DNA from: TPA_inf: Saccharomyces
Taxonomy: Eukaryota
Direction: 5' to 3'
Assembly: GCA_000146045.2 (NCBI GenBank)
Contig: BK006945.2
Location: forward strand, 96,001 to 160,000
Length of the DNA: 64,000 nt
The notes below the pieces were generated by a model. The model did no database searches. It worked only from the letters and a program-made list of their open reading frames with translations, and had not been told where the DNA came from. Below, piece by piece: positions 9,686 through 20,431 of this stretch. Position 1 is the first letter of the stretch, and the number at the start of each line of letters is the position of its first letter. A program made the position numbers and the translations under genes.

Positions 9686-11899
9686 CTATCCTTGGGTATT
9701 ATTATAAGTTGCAATACCATCATCCAGTATGCCCAGATTAAACCATTCATGGTCCAGAGCGTCCTTTGCGGTAATCCTTTTTGTTGGGTCGAACTCAAAC
9801 ATTTTCCTGAGTAGATCGATGAACCAGTACCAAAACAAGAAAGTTTCCTTATCGAGTTCATCAGTAGTTGAGGAAGAAGAGGAATGTGTTTGTCTTTTCC
9901 ATGCCAATTTCGAATTTATCAAAGACCAGTTTTTCTCCGGCGGTAGATTCCAATTGATGCTTAAGCTATCGCCGTAATCCTGTTTCAAGACCTTTGAGAT
10001 GTAAATATCTAAGCGATCACATGACTGCAAGACCCTTTTCATTGACTTTTCGGTGGTTATGGTATCTCCGCGTTTATTTTTTTCAGGCCATTGTAAGCTT
10101 AAAGTTTTTCTGTCGAAATGCTTTATCACCGTTGAATTTAGGTCTGATGGAGAGTTGCCCAATTTATGTTTAGATTTGTAAAACATCTTATCAATAATGT
10201 CTGTGGGGAAAGGGGTTCCATTGATTCGTTGCATCATAGCCATATGTTCTAGATTTTCATGAATGGGGTAAAGAGATTCGCCAATAACCAGTTCTACTAG
10301 GACACACGCGATGGACCAAATGTCGCAGGGGAACGACCAGCCCAAGCCAAGGACAATTTCCGGGGCTCTATAGTGACGAGTGGATATTACAGGAGGATGA
10401 TATTCGTAATGGAAAATTGCGCTACCGAAATCAATGATTTTGATTTCTGGATTTTTCAAGATTTTGCGCTTCCCCTTACTGGCTTCACGGCGTCTCTTGC
10501 TTAGCGACTGTACGGTTTTCAAAGGCAATTTTTGAGCAATATGGGTTTCGTCACAAATCAGGATATTTTCTGGTTTCAAATCCGTGTGTATTATGCCCAA
10601 ATCGTGCAAGAAGCAGACAGATCTGATTAGCTGTCTGGCAATGGCCTGAATATGAGAGCCGGGGAACCTGGCAATGCCGTTGGAGCACATAAAATCGTAA
10701 ATGGACCTGCCGTATAGATCTGTCACCAAACAAATGTGATTTTTGTAATCGAAGCACTCCCTTAGCAAGAGGCACTGGAACTGACCTTGAGGGTCATTAT
10801 TCAGGATAGTCTGTAGAATTCTTAGTTCTGTTTTGGCGGCTTCTCTATATCTATCTACAGCCCTTATCACTTTTACAGCCACGTAATTAGGTTCATACTT
10901 GTTATCGATGCATTTAAGTACTTTACCAAACGTGCCTTGGCCCAATAGGTCCTTCACAACAAAGCGGCCGCCACTGCCAAATATGTCGTTTTCCTGGTAA
11001 ACGTAGTGACCGTCTTTGTCCGTTTTGAAATTTGATTTATTGGATGATGCGCTTTCTGAAGAGCCGTTTGATGTAAATTTCCGTAGTGAAGAACCAATTT
11101 GTTTCTTGAGGTTGGATTGAGGCAGGGAAGCTATTTGTGCTGGTGGGTTGGAAAAGGGAGAAGTGCTGTGAGCAATCGTGAGATTCACTGCCTTGTTGCC
11201 CTCCAGAGTCTTTGCACACGACCCCGTTAGATGCAACAGCTCATTTTCAGTTTGCGTTACTCTTGGCACGATAGCGTTGGTTTGATCAGGAACATTAAAA
11301 TAGTTCGATTGGTAGCTCAGCTTCGATAGAGGCAACTGAGGCAGTGAGATGGTTCTTTGCTTCTTGAATTTCTTTGGTGTCGTGATATACGTACTATTGC
11401 TTGTAGCTGCGGTACCGCACCCTGGATTATTTGAAGTAACAATATTATTGTTGTTATTGATACTGCTGCTACTAGGCAGAATCAAAGGTGACGAAAACTG
11501 AATTGGCTGCTCTTTGATAAAAATGATGTCATCGTCAGCATCCTCGTCCACTCGACTACTGTTATGATTATTACTGTTATTGATTGTGGTGTTAATGATA
11601 CGCGGCTCCTCGTCTAGTTCTATGGCATTTTCATTGTCCAAGAACAACTGGTGTTGGTGTTGCCGAGGACGGAGCGGATTGTCTGCTTGATTCAGGTCTA
11701 GACTGTTCCTCAGATTGTCTGTTAGAAAAGAATTTTGCCGAGCAAACATCTCGTCCAGCAGCTTGTTTGTGCGCGTTTCTTCGAAATTATCCAAAAAGGT
11801 CTTGTTAGAGCTTGTATTGTTAGCAGGGCCCGTAGTAGTGGAATTATTCATATTTGCTCTTGAACGTTTTCTAGTGCCAATTTGAATATTCTGTGACAT
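9686..11899 (-). CDS. KNS1: LAMMER-family dual-specificity protein kinase (737 aa from MSQNIQ; ORF open 9 codons further upstream to 11926)
   Basis: Kinase subdomains HTDLKPENIL, DFGSA, and LAMMER motif EHMAMMQRINGTPFP; N-terminal N/S-rich low complexity. Confidence 0.9.
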   Translation of the reverse strand: MSQNIQIGTRKRSRANMNNSTTTGPANNTSSNKTFLDNFEETRTNKLLDEMFARQNSFLTDNLRNSLDLNQADNPLRPRQHQHQLFLDNENAIELDEEPRIINTTINNSNNHNSSRVDEDADDDIIFIKEQPIQFSSPLILPSSSSINNNNNIVTSNNPGCGTAATSNSTYITTPKKFKKQRTISLPQLPLSKLSYQSNYFNVPDQTNAIVPRVTQTENELLHLTGSCAKTLEGNKAVNLTIAHSTSPFSNPPAQIASLPQSNLKKQIGSSLRKFTSNGSSESASSNKSNFKTDKDGHYVYQENDIFGSGGRFVVKDLLGQGTFGKVLKCIDNKYEPNYVAVKVIRAVDRYREAAKTELRILQTILNNDPQGQFQCLLLRECFDYKNHICLVTDLYGRSIYDFMCSNGIARFPGSHIQAIARQLIRSVCFLHDLGIIHTDLKPENILICDETHIAQKLPLKTVQSLSKRRREASKGKRKILKNPEIKIIDFGSAIFHYEYHPPVISTRHYRAPEIVLGLGWSFPCDIWSIACVLVELVIGESLYPIHENLEHMAMMQRINGTPFPTDIIDKMFYKSKHKLGNSPSDLNSTVIKHFDRKTLSLQWPEKNKRGDTITTEKSMKRVLQSCDRLDIYISKVLKQDYGDSLSINWNLPPEKNWSLINSKLAWKRQTHSSSSSTTDELDKETFLFWYWFIDLLRKMFEFDPTKRITAKDALDHEWFNLGILDDGIATYNNTQG

Positions 11900-12675
11900 A
11901 ACTAAGGTACGCGGAAGATAAAGCAATAATGAAGAAGAGCAGTATGCGTGTAGATTAGTCTTTGTTGTGCTAAATCTTCGACTTGGTAAATACTATGTTT
12001 CTTTCACTCTTTTTCTGTCTCCCACTTTGTTTCCTTTTTCTTTTTCTTTTTTTTTTTTGGGTTTGCTTGCTATCTGGCGCAGTATTTCGTGAATATAATA
12101 TCTATTTAGTTAGCGTAAGCACGAGGAGTTACTGCACTGTTTCCTTTCACTTGGTGGTGAGGTAACAATACTTTGTAAATCCGGTAGATCTGGGAAGTAA
12201 ATACTAAACTTTATTCTAATATAGGAACTTCATAATATAAAATCCAACGCACGATGCTAGAGATAAAAAAAGAGGGTGGGAGATGTGGAGCCAGGATTCA
12301 AATCGAAAATCGTAATCGGAAACTAAACCAGCATTGCAACCGGGCCATAAGCCATATCGTTAAGCACGCCAAAGCTTTTTCCCTTCGCTGTGTGTTTCCT
12401 CGCAACTTTAACTCCGGCCACTCACTAAGCCAAGGCGTGAGGAGAGAGACTAAAGCTTTGTGGAAAACCGCCCAATCACGCTGACCCCTTTGGCCCGTTT
12501 GCCGCCCCCTAGAAAAAAAAGAAACGGACGGGCCTGGGCCCGCACAGCCTCGAGCAGGGTCACTTCGCGCCATATCGGCGGCTATTTCAAAAAAAGAAGT
12601 TCTTTACCAGTTGTTGTAGAAAGTATGATATTACCAACAGCGTCTAGCTTTTATTCGATATTCCGATGTGGGCGG

Positions 12676-12972
12676 CTATTTATTATCGGTGGCGTCTTTT
12701 ATGGTTTTACCGTTGTTGCCTGGAGCATCCTCAGGAAGACCTAAATGTGACCATTCATCGTAGTCCATCAATTGGTGGTCCATCCTGCACCGCAGGTAGT
12801 CCTTTGCCAGTAGTCTACAATTCATTGCATTTTCGTTCTGCACAAGCTGCATACATTTGAGATACTCTTGCATGTACTTGGTGCATTCGCCGTCGTGGTC
12901 TAGCGGGAACGAACCTCTCTCGGGTGGAGTAGGTCTCAATGCGCTCAGCGAGCTTCCTGGGTTCCCTGACAT
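12676..12972 (-). CDS. COX19: Twin Cx9C mitochondrial IMS protein, cytochrome oxidase assembly (98 aa)
   Basis: 98-aa ORF with two C-x9-C pairs ([22 protein letters not shown]); matches YLL018C-A position between KNS1 and DPS1. Confidence 0.88.
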   Translation of the reverse strand: MSGNPGSSLSALRPTPPERGSFPLDHDGECTKYMQEYLKCMQLVQNENAMNCRLLAKDYLRCRMDHQLMDYDEWSHLGLPEDAPGNNGKTIKDATDNK

Positions 12973-13901
12973 TGGATTCTTGTGTTATGTTTCGTAAAAG
13001 ATACTTTGTGTGTAGTGGGTGCGTTTGCTTGTTTTCTTGAAGTATAGAAGAAGGAAAGAACGGAAGAAAAAATTTTTTTCCCTCTTGTTCGCTTTATTTG
13101 GATTTTCTCGTTTCTCAACTCCGCGAATTTGAGCCCTTTTCTTAGACCCCGGAGAGAAGATGCAGAGATGTAGTAATAAAAGCTTTTTATCCAAAAAGCT
13201 TTTAAGCTGTTGTTTTAAAAAAGGTTAAATGGGCGCTTTAGAGATCGGGTAGTGGGCAAAGCCTGCGATAAGAAAAGAGGGAGCGTGCTACTTGACCGGG
13301 AGCAGCAAAATGGGCGGCCCGAGCCTTAGATCATACTCATCGCCGATAAGAGTCAGCTTGGTAATAGAACCGCTGGTGCGTAAATGAGGCATAGAACTTA
13401 TTATCGTCTTAAAAAACTGCCCAAAAAAATATTTTCCAGGTTTCTTGAAGAGTAATCTTGTTATGTAATTTTTTTTTGCCTGTGGATTGTATAAGGGACC
13501 AGAGGCGGTCAAAAACGCAAAAAGCGGCATGGTAGGCGAAAATACTAGGACGATTACTACTCAACTGACGCGTCAACTTAATATTGTCCTGGTACATAAC
13601 CGAACCATCCCAGATGCGCTGTAAGTACTGTTTAAATGTATTTTAATATGTGCATAGAGCGTGTAAATTATGGCGAGCTATGGTTTCCGAATTGTCGGAC
13701 TGCTCATAGCCCTTGCTTTCGGAATATTAGAAGTGGTCTGGCGGTAAAGAAAGTGTGACATATGTCAGACGTTGAGACTTATATGTGTAAAGCTAAATAT
13801 AATAATTCAGTTAAAATAAAAGTGGGTGACAGGAAAAAATTAGAAATGTTGAAAATTTTTTTACCTTCACTCGCTACATAAAAACGTTGGAGGAGACTCC
13901 T

Positions 13902-15575
13902 TCATGGTCTTAATCTCTTTGGATCTCTTGGGAACAATGAAGCTCTTCTGATATTTTTCAAATCCAAATAGAACATAACAACTCTTTCCAAACCGATACC
14001 ACCACCGGCGTGTGGAGGACACCCATAGCTGAAGCCGTCACAGTAGTCCTTTAGACCTGGGTCCTCAGGAGACAAACCATGGGCTTTCATCCTTTCTTGT
14101 AATAGAGCATGGTCGTGGATACGTTGTGCACCGGACAAGATTTCTTCACCCCTCATGAAGAAATCATACGAGTTAGAATACTTAGGGTTGGCTGGGTCGG
14201 GCATTGTGTAGAAGGGACGGATCTCCAAGGGGAACTTGTCTAGGATGTAAAAGTCGGTGTCGTATTTGTCGCGAACCAACTTACCCAAGAACTTTTCATT
14301 TTCGGTACTCAAGTCTTCAAAATCACCAATTTCCTTACCGGCAGCTCTTAGCATTTCAATACCTTCTTTGTATGTTAGACGAACCATCTTACCATCTTTA
14401 GGTAACTTGAATTCTTCAACAGGGTATTGCTTACGTACCAACTCAATTTCATGAGCAAATCTCTTGGGCAATTCACTGAAAATAAACACAAACAACTCAC
14501 TCAACGTGTCCAAAACTTCGTGGTAATGTTCTTCGAAAGCCATTTCCATGTCCAAACCAGTAAACTCGGTCATGTGACGGTGGGTGTTGGAGTTTTCAGC
14601 CCTGAACACAGGCCCGATTTCGTAAACTCTTTCAAAGTCGGCCACAATCAATTGTTGCTTGTTAAATTGTGGAGATTGAGCTAGGTAGGCCTTCCCTTTG
14701 AAGTATGTCACCTCAAACACACTGGAACCACCTTCACTTGGTGCACCCAACAGTTTTGGTGTGTGTACTTCGGTAAATTTCTTTGTGGCCAAATATTCTC
14801 TGAACAACTCACAAACACCAGCTTGAATCCTGAAAATAGCTTGGTTGGTGACGGTTCTCAAGTCAATGACACGGTAGTCTAATCTGGTGTCCAAGTTGAC
14901 CACGGGCAAACCTGCAGCTTCAGCTTCAGCTTCGGAACGGGAGGCATCTTCCAAAAGGATTGGCAATGCTTCTGGAGTCTCGGAAATGGTATAAATCTTG
15001 GTAATGTGAATTTCCAGGTTTTGCACAGTAGCAGACTTGATTGGCTCATCTACCTTCTTGACAATACCTCTGACAAGGACAATGGACTCCAAATTCAATG
15101 AACCAGCCCATTTGACCATGTTTTTGCTGATGGTACCTTCCTTGTTGGCCTTTACTAGACCTTGGATCAAGGAAGCTTGTTGCCTTAAAGTTAAAAAGGC
15201 CAATGTTGCACCTTGTTGTCTGGTGTTGTGGACTCTTGCCCTGAAGAGGACTTCTTTGTCGCTATCCTTAGCCTCATCCAAGTCAACAAACTTGACACGC
15301 TTCTGACCAGTTCTGTCAGAGTCACGAGACTGGATCAATGGCAACTTACCGTAGTTGTCCTTTGCGGTGTCTTCGGCAGCGGCTTTCTTTTCACGGGCTT
15401 CTCTTTCAGCTTCCAACTGGAGAGCTCTTTCCTCCTTCTTTCTCTGTTTCTCTTGCTCTTTCTGCAATTTCTTCAAGGCCTTCTTGGACAATGGCTTACC
15501 ATCTTCCCCAAGAATAACTTGAGCAGGTTCTGCGGATTCTTCAACAGCTTTGACAATATTTTCGTCTTGAGACAT
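13902..15575 (-). CDS. DPS1: Cytoplasmic aspartyl-tRNA synthetase, class II (557 aa from MSQDEN; one extra in-frame Met upstream)
   Basis: Class II motifs FRAE...[15 protein letters not shown] and [14 protein letters not shown]; lysine-rich N-terminal extension typical of yeast AspRS. Confidence 0.93.
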   Translation of the reverse strand: MSQDENIVKAVEESAEPAQVILGEDGKPLSKKALKKLQKEQEKQRKKEERALQLEAEREAREKKAAAEDTAKDNYGKLPLIQSRDSDRTGQKRVKFVDLDEAKDSDKEVLFRARVHNTRQQGATLAFLTLRQQASLIQGLVKANKEGTISKNMVKWAGSLNLESIVLVRGIVKKVDEPIKSATVQNLEIHITKIYTISETPEALPILLEDASRSEAEAEAAGLPVVNLDTRLDYRVIDLRTVTNQAIFRIQAGVCELFREYLATKKFTEVHTPKLLGAPSEGGSSVFEVTYFKGKAYLAQSPQFNKQQLIVADFERVYEIGPVFRAENSNTHRHMTEFTGLDMEMAFEEHYHEVLDTLSELFVFIFSELPKRFAHEIELVRKQYPVEEFKLPKDGKMVRLTYKEGIEMLRAAGKEIGDFEDLSTENEKFLGKLVRDKYDTDFYILDKFPLEIRPFYTMPDPANPKYSNSYDFFMRGEEILSGAQRIHDHALLQERMKAHGLSPEDPGLKDYCDGFSYGCPPHAGGGIGLERVVMFYLDLKNIRRASLFPRDPKRLRP

Positions 15576-16233
15576 CACGTAAAATGTTTCTTTTTTTCTT
15601 TTACAATTAACCTTAAGAGGCCGTTCCAGCCAATGATCGAAAACTTAAACAAATCGGTTGTCTTGCTTCATCCTTATATGACATTAAATAATTTTTCATT
15701 TCTTCTTTTTTCACGAAAATGCGTCATAAGGTACTCGTCACTGATGATTTCATAGACAATAAAGCAACAGCACAACGTAAAAGAGTTCTTATGGATGAGT
15801 CCCAATCCTATTGTTTTCTGTAGCCTAATGGTACAAAATGTGACGGTAATAGAATATATACTTTCATAATATCATAGGAACATCTTCAGCTTGGCCTGTC
15901 TCTTTGAGAAACAAAAACTGCATGTGCACAATTACTGCAGATGAACTTCAAGGAAACATATGTCCTGCTTGGAGGACCAGAAGCAAACCATTCTAGCTGT
16001 ATTTGCAACGCTTTTGTACCAAATGTACGTTATTATGTTATGTCGTCAGTGTAGATATATTAGATTTACATGCGGCTGTACCGCATCATTGGAAAATAAT
16101 GTCTGCAGGCTCGCAAAATTTAAGGGTTCCCTTCTACAATAGTAGTCAAAATTGCTTTTTTGCATATAACAAAGTGAAAAAAAAAAAAAATATGAGAGAC
16201 ATATCTAAAAGACATATATAATCTGCCACCAGA

Positions 16234-19200
16234 ATGAGTTGCACTGCGTCATATGCCGGCATGACAACTCCGGTGAAGGATAAGGAAGGCCACGGGATTC
16301 CATGCTTACAACCTATCGATGTAGTGGAATGTACCTATCAATATTTTACAAAATCACGGAATAAACTGTCTTTAAGGGTAGGCGATTTGATTTACGTACT
16401 CACTAAAGGTTCTAATGGCTGGTGGGATGGTGTTCTTATCAGACACAGCGCTAATAATAATAATAATTCGTTGATACTAGACAGAGGTTGGTTCCCCCCT
16501 TCTTTTTACACGGTCCATTCTAAACGAACTACACGGGGTGCCTGACATCGGTAATGAATTGGAAATATTTCAAGCGGGTCTTAATCTTAAACTGGAATTA
16601 TCAAGCAACCCAGTGATCTTATCATTGGAAGACTTTTTAGACTGCTGTCGCGATATTGAATTCAAGGAACAACTGGCTTGGTCACCTACTCCCGTCCACG
16701 AAAGGAAAGGCTGCTGTGAGCTGCTGTACTATAACCAGGATTTAGATGTTTATTGTCGCACGTTACCATATTTACCACAAAATCAAGTTGAAACCGTGAA
16801 CGACTATTCGTCTTTTCCTGCAATATCGAAGATAGCTGGTAAAAAGATGCCTATAACGTCAAGCCCCGATCTGTTCTATCTCAATGATTGTGATGTCGTC
16901 TATTGGTATGACCTCACTCGCTTAGTGTGTCATTATGTTAATTTAACAGAGCGCGACCTATTGGCAAATGAACGGGAAAAGTTTCTAACTTCCTTGGATT
17001 TATTAACAGCTCAAATAACCTATGTTTATATGCTTTTCAGGAATCTCCGTTTAGTTGAAGATAGTTTCAAAAAAACCCTCAAAAAACTAATTTACACCTT
17101 GTCTAGGTTTTCAATAAATGCAAATATTTGGTTTCATTCCACATTGTTTGAAGAAAGAGAAGCCATAGCCTCCCAGAAGGATCCAGAAAGAAGATCCCCT
17201 CTTCTACAGTCAATCCTAGGAACCTTCCAAAAATTTCATTTTCTACTGCGTTTACTACATTTCCTCTCAAATCCTAACGAACTTACAATACTGCCTCAAT
17301 TGACTCCTCGATTTTTCAAGGATTCTTTCAATACAATTTCATGGAATAACCCGTTTTTGCGTAAGCGTCTCAACCAGCATATGTCCCATGACCTACCGAG
17401 ACAGATGATTAAAGCCGTTGCTGGTGCTTCAGGAATTGTTGCGGAAAATATTGATGAAATTCCAGCTTCCAAACAGGGCACTTCATGCTCGTCAGAAACG
17501 TCTCACCATTCACCATCAGCCCCGTTTCAAAGAAGGAGAAGAGGTACCATTTTCTCTAATGTGTCAGGAAGTTCCGATGAGTCTGACACCATATGGTCCA
17601 AAAGGAAAAAACCATACCCGCTAAATGAAGAAACTCTAAGCCTTGTAAGGGCCAGGAAGAAGCAGCTTGATGGTAAACTAAAACAAATGATCAAAAGTGC
17701 TAATGAATATCTCAGTAACACGGCTAATTTTTCAAAAATGTTGAATTTTGAAATGAATTTCAAAACCTACGAAGAAGTAAGCGGAACAATTCCTATAATT
17801 GATATTCTGGAAAACCTAGATTTAACTATTTTTCTAAACTTGAGAGAGTTGGGAGATGAGAATAGAGTTTTTGACGAAGATGTCGCTATTGATGATGAAG
17901 ATGAAGAGTTTTTGAAACATTCTTTATCATCCCTATCGTATATCTTATCCGACTATTTTAATATGAAGCAATATTTTCATGATGTAGTAGTGAAATTTAT
18001 AATTGTCGCCCAGCATTTGACATTAGAGGATCCTTTCGTTTTCTCGCCAATGCAAAACGACTTGCCTACCGGTTATTATGAACCAATGAAACCTTCATCC
18101 TTGAATTTAGATAATGCCAAGGATAAGAAGAATGGGAGCCAAAATACTGATATCCAAGAGGAGGAAGATGAATATGAGCCAGACCCGGATAGTCTTATTC
18201 TCTTCCACAACCTCATCAATCAAGATTCTGATTTCAATGATTTAAAGTTTTTTAATCTCGCCCACGTTTTTAAAAAATCCTGTGATGACTATTTTGATGT
18301 GCTTAAACTAGCCATTGAGTTCGTGAATCAATTAATTCTAGAAAGAGAGAATTTGTTAAATTATGCTGCTAGAATGATGAAAAACAATATCACGGAATTG
18401 CTATTGCGCGGGGAAGAAGGCTATGGGTCCTATGACGGCGGTGAAACTGCCGAAAAAAGTGACACGAATGCTGTTTATGCAGATTCAGATACTAAAGACA
18501 ATGACGAATGGCGTGACAGCCAAGTCAAATTACCGAGGTATTTGCAGCGCGAGTATGACAGTGAACTGATTTGGGGCTCTAACAATAGGATTAAAGGTGG
18601 TTCTAAACACGCACTGATCTCTTACTTGACAGATAATGAAAAGAAGGATCTATTTTTCGATATTACTTTTTTAATCACTTTCAGAAGCATCTTTACTACA
18701 ACGGAGTTTTTAAGCTACTTGATTTCGCAATATAATTTGGATCCACCAGAGGATTTGTGCTTTGAAGAATACAATGAATGGGTGACGAAAAAGCTTATAC
18801 CGGTTAAATGTAGGGTGGTTGAGATTATGACAACCTTTTTCAAGCAATATTGGTTCCTGGGCTATGATGAGCCCGATCTTGCGACCCTAAATCTGGATTA
18901 TTTTGCGCAAGTAGCAATCAAGGAAAATATAACAGGATCTGTGGAATTACTAAAGGAGGTCAATCAGAAGTTTAAACATGGTAATATACAAGAAGCGACT
19001 GCACCAATGAAAACGTTAGATCAACAGATCTGCCAGGACCATTACTCGGGCACTTTATACTCTACCACGGAATCCATTTTGGCCGTCGATCCAGTTTTAT
19101 TTGCCACTCAATTAACGATACTAGAGCATGAAATTTATTGTGAGATAACCATTTTTGATTGTTTACAAAAAATTTGGAAGAACAAGTATACAAAATCGTA

Positions 19201-19993
19201 TGGGGCTTCACCGGGTTTGAACGAGTTTATCAGTTTTGCCAATAAACTGACAAATTTCATATCCTACTCTGTTGTAAAGGAGGCTGATAAAAGTAAGCGC
19301 GCCAAGCTACTCTCTCATTTTATTTTTATCGCAGAATATTGTAGGAAATTCAATAACTTTTCTTCCATGACTGCAATCATTTCAGCATTATATTCTTCAC
19401 CAATTTATCGTTTAGAGAAAACCTGGCAGGCAGTTATTCCTCAAACGAGAGATCTATTGCAGTCACTGAACAAGTTGATGGATCCCAAGAAAAATTTCAT
19501 AAATTACAGAAACGAGCTGAAATCTTTACATAGCGCTCCCTGCGTACCGTTTTTCGGCGTTTATTTATCTGATCTAACCTTTACTGATTCCGGAAATCCG
19601 GATTATCTTGTCTTGGAACATGGTTTAAAGGGTGTCCATGATGAGAAGAAATATATAAACTTCAACAAAAGGAGCAGACTTGTTGATATCTTACAAGAGA
19701 TCATATATTTCAAGAAAACACATTATGATTTCACTAAAGATCGGACGGTAATTGAATGTATATCAAATTCATTGGAAAACATCCCCCATATTGAGAAACA
19801 ATACCAATTATCATTAATTATTGAACCAAAACCAAGAAAGAAAGTCGTTCCGAATTCCAATTCGAATAATAAATCACAAGAAAAATCCAGGGATGACCAA
19901 ACCGATGAAGGAAAAACATCCACTAAGAAAGACAGATTTCCAAAATTTCAATTACATAAGACAAAGAAAAAAGCTCCCAAGGTTTCTAAGTAA
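16234..19993 (+). pseudogene. SDC25: Ras guanine-nucleotide exchange factor paralogous to CDC25, interrupted by a +1 frameshift: fragment 1 at 16234-16545 (103 aa, SH3 domain), fragment 2 in frame +2 from 16538-19993 (1151 aa, RasGEF-N and Cdc25-homology catalytic domain)
   Basis: Two overlapping collinear ORFs in different frames; first encodes SH3 (ALYDY-like ...[19 protein letters not shown]), second encodes RasGEF domain (…[11 protein letters not shown]…[13 protein letters not shown]…); corresponds to YLL017W/YLL016W split known for S288C. Confidence 0.85.
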
Positions 19994-20431
19994 CGGCGCC
20001 GTATGTTCGATTTCCTTCTCTCGGTGGATTAATTATTTTGTTTGTTTTCTCCTGTTATATTATTTATTGATCACTATAGTAAACTATGTCCGTCATCAAG
20101 CCCGACGGCTGCTATCCCACAATGTTGATCGTATTGTTTGCCTAGTTTATTATATATTTGCTTATTTATAGCATACCATAATATTTAAATGCCCTCAAAT
20201 TTTTGGCCGTAGCGACATCGCGATAATTCCAATTCCCTTTAAAAAATTGCGCCTGAGTATAAGTTAATTCAGCCAGTTCTCCAAATTAAAATCGCATACT
20301 CCTGAACCTATCAACAGATTGTCCTCGCATACTTTTCTATACCAAGGTCTCTTCTGAACATATATTAGCAGTGGTTAATTTTAAAGAGATCATAAAGAAA
20401 ATTTTGTCTAAAAAAGATTAATATAAAGACA

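Noticed and set aside
9556-9861. 101-aa minus-strand ORF overlapping the KNS1 3' end (probably the dubious YLL020C)
   Set aside because: It overlaps KNS1 out of frame, is hydrophobic and low-complexity, and is classed as dubious in yeast annotation. There is no independent coding evidence.
12254-12744. Three mutually overlapping ORFs (76-94 aa) on both strands in the KNS1-COX19 intergenic region
   Set aside because: They arise from the GC-rich composition, which has few stop codons. They are mutually exclusive and give Arg/Pro/Gly-rich translations. The region is recorded as a possible regulatory or ncRNA element instead.
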